Source: Gammaproteobacteria bacterium (GTDB taxonomy: Bacteria; Pseudomonadota; Gammaproteobacteria; Eutrophobiales; Eutrophobiaceae). Taken from it: a DNA stretch of 64,000 nt. The first letter of the stretch is position 1. The number at the start of each line of letters is the position of its first letter. Location of the stretch: NCBI GenBank assembly GCA_965222155.1, contig CBDCTH010000012.1, positions 2,944,001-3,008,000 of the forward strand, read 5' to 3'. The notes beneath the pieces were generated by a model that saw only the letters and a list, made by a program, of their open reading frames with translations, made no database searches and was not told the DNA's origin. Made by a program: the position numbers and the translations under genes. Of the stretch, positions 63,314 through 64,000 are shown in pieces.

Positions 63314-64000
63314 ATGTCAAATCCGCAAGACACCTATTTTATCCCTGAACCCAGCAAATGGCCGGTGATATTTTCCCTGGCCCTGTTTCTGGCCTTCTGC
63401 GGCACGGCGTTCATGTTTAATCAATACCTGGCTACAGGCCAGATGCCGGGCTTCGGTTCGCACTTGTTATTGCTGGGATTTATCGCCGTTTTCTACATGT
63501 TTTTCGTCTGGTTCAGGGATGTGATCGGTGAAAGCCTGAGCGGCGTTTACAACAAACAGGTGGATATCAGTTTCCGCTGGGGCATGGTGTGGTTCATTTT
63601 TTCGGAAGTGATGTTCTTTGCGGCGTTTTTCGGCGCCCTGTTCTATGCCCGGGTTTACTCCGTGCCCTGGTTGGGGGGAGAAGGGGCCGGGGCTGCAACC
63701 AACGAATTTCTCTGGCCGTCCTTTGACAATGTCTGGCCGTTAATGACGACCCCGGATATGACGGTAGAGGGCCTGAGCAGTAAATTTACTGAAATCAAGG
63801 AGGTCATCCCGGCGTTCGGCATCCCCGCGATCAATACCATCATTCTGCTTTCCAGCGGCGCAACCGTGACAGTTGCCCACTGGGCGCTGAAAAAGAACCA
63901 GCGCACCGGGTTATGCTGGTGGTTGTTTGCTACCGTATTTCTGGGGTTCCTGTTTGTATTTTTACAGGCTGGCGAGTACATCCACGCCTACCATGAGCTG
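63314..64000 (+). CDS. coxC: Cytochrome c oxidase subunit III (runs off the right edge)
   Basis: MSNPQDTYFIPEPSKWP, FRWGMVWFIFSEVMFF, NTIILLSSGATVTVAH, QAGEY. Confidence 0.95.
   Translation, partial: MSNPQDTYFIPEPSKWPVIFSLALFLAFCGTAFMFNQYLATGQMPGFGSHLLLLGFIAVFYMFFVWFRDVIGESLSGVYNKQVDISFRWGMVWFIFSEVMFFAAFFGALFYARVYSVPWLGGEGAGAATNEFLWPSFDNVWPLMTTPDMTVEGLSSKFTEIKEVIPAFGIPAINTIILLSSGATVTVAHWALKKNQRTGLCWWLFATVFLGFLFVFLQAGEYIHAYHEL

Overview
Gammaproteobacterial chromosome segment that very probably contains the replication origin region. Evidence: DnaA boxes in an AT-rich gap before dnaN-recF-gyrB, two parS sites inside recF, and a switch in gene orientation near 49.7 kb. dnaA is absent from its usual place. 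The core backbone is tol-pal/ruvCAB/yebC/nadA, aspS, tRNA-Lys, bepA, pfp-hppA, rsfS-nadD-proA-holA-lptE-leuS, bioBFCD and an A1-type cytochrome c oxidase operon. Accessory DNA includes: (i) a 2.4-6.3 kb debris patch (nested repeats, a Uma2 gene plus a broken duplicate, RES-Xre toxin-antitoxin); (ii) an island between aspS and nadA carrying a YegP-like gene divergent from XRE repressor - ImmA/IrrE metallopeptidase - type III mod/res, plus a TonB receptor/S9 peptidase pair; (iii) an IS1111-type IS110 element whose non-coding end contains guide-like matches to its own insertion site, which is the end of a MITE-like repeat also present unoccupied in this window. Two small repeat families appear to have been recruited into genes: one supplies the holA C-terminus and the proA RBS/start, another the start of a lipoprotein. 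No CRISPR array or rRNA was seen. All calls come from reading the sequence by eye; no searches were run.
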